Shown: positions 62,990 to 64,000 of the stretch, one piece after another
How the letters are laid out: the number at the start of each line of letters is the position of its first letter
Position numbering within the stretch: position 1 is the stretch's first letter
NCBI GenBank assembly: GCA_013265495.1
Contig: MU061579.1
Span: 358,872 to 422,871, forward strand
Direction of reading: 5' to 3'
Length of the DNA: 64,000 nt
Source: Vicugna vicugna
Lineage: Eukaryota
Position numbers and translations under genes: made by a program
Notes under the pieces: generated by a model
The model's database searches: none
What the model was told of the DNA's origin: nothing
What the model saw: only the letters and a program-made list of their open reading frames with translations

Positions 62990-64000
62990 GCACAACATCT
63001 TGAAAGCCATAAAGCAGATAGGTCAGTGGCAACTGACTTTGTACAAAGAGATTTCATAAGAGGGCAGAAAGGAAGCCCAGAAGCAAGACAATTACAATCA
63101 TACAACCACAGAAAGTGTGGGAGCTGGGAACTCCGCTTAACTCAGAAATTGGTGGTGCAAATGGAGCTAAAAAGAGGATTATTTTTTAGTACTTGAGAAA
63201 TAAATATTAGGTGCTCTCAAACCTTCCCCAAGCACCTTAATGACTCCTTGACCAGAACACTAAGGCTATTCACTGGCAACTTTGAACTAGTTATACTTTT
63301 TTTAGGAGACCTGGCCTATTTGAGGATGAGAATATCATAAATAAACTCAGGGAAATAATCGAAATCTCTGTATTGAATAATGAGATCTCCCTCAACTGCT
63401 TTTCCTGCTGCAAGATCCCTTCCAGGCAGGGAGTGGGTGAATTCTTTCTGGTGAAATTCCCAGCTCCAAATAAAATACTAATACATAGTGAAGCTTAATG
63501 CGCAGCCAGAAATAAAATCATCCAGCTTTCTCTGCATTGAAGTATACCAGTTAACAAACTACAAATGCATACAAAGGCTCCAATTATGCATTTTATTTCC
63601 TACCTCTTTAATGTGAGTTGATAGCCAGAAATCAAAGATATTGGGCAAAGGGAAATAAAACAGACTACTGAATTTTTAAAAACTGCATATTAAAACAAAC
63701 AGTTGTAACCATTAGCATGCCATAGTGCCCTGGATAAACCAAAAAAGAAAGAAAAAACATTCTTAGAAAAGATATCAGAGGAAAGAGAGACAATAGAGAA
63801 AGAAGAAAATTAAAAAGCAACTTCTCAGTACAGTCTTCAGATAGATAAGAGAGGCTATTAAGACCACAAAAGAGGAAAAGAAATAAAACAAATCAAAACA
63901 CACTCAAACATAAAAACCCCTGCAGGGACCTAAACAGATCTTGGACACACAAAATAGGAAAAAAATTGTTACAACAGTTAAAAGATAATAATAAAAGCTA
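62990..64000 (+). mobile_element. Probable old L1M/HAL1 5'UTR-ORF1 remnant
   Basis: A-rich strand bias and degenerate old-L1 ORF1-like wording; weak. Confidence 0.3.

Overview
This is mammalian, AT-rich, repeat-dense non-coding DNA (gene desert or a very large intron), not prokaryotic sequence. I found no intact host protein-coding gene, RNA gene or CRISPR array. The only ORF-track entries I can assign to known protein families come from a Tigger1 transposase and L1 ORF1/ORF2 remnants. The window contains ancient eutherian repeats (MIR, L2, MER20, MER5B, MER53, MER58, Tigger1, MLT1/MLT2/LTR33-like, old L1M), ERV1-type solo LTRs with 4-bp TSDs, and several younger L1 insertions with readable TSDs. 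The young L1 3' UTR, together with the absence of recognisable Alu, B1/B2, Bov-tA/BovB or PRE-1 SINEs, suggests a cetartiodactyl, probably a camelid. That assignment is from memory and unverified. Two objects stand out. (1) A 2.86-kb TSD-flanked L1 (28250-31112, minus) keeps its 5'UTR, ORF1 and 3' end but has lost nearly all of ORF2; it is a 'half-L1'-like or spliced non-autonomous candidate. (2) A 533-bp GC-rich, non-L1 polyadenylated insert (50903-51435) has a perfect 20-bp TSD and carries a signal-peptide-like exon, an unspliced donor and an antisense-L1-like polyA signal; it is a candidate orphan transduction or retrocopy. Repeat subfamily names are recalled from consensus sequences and need RepeatMasker/Dfam confirmation. 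I see no convincing wholly new biological system.
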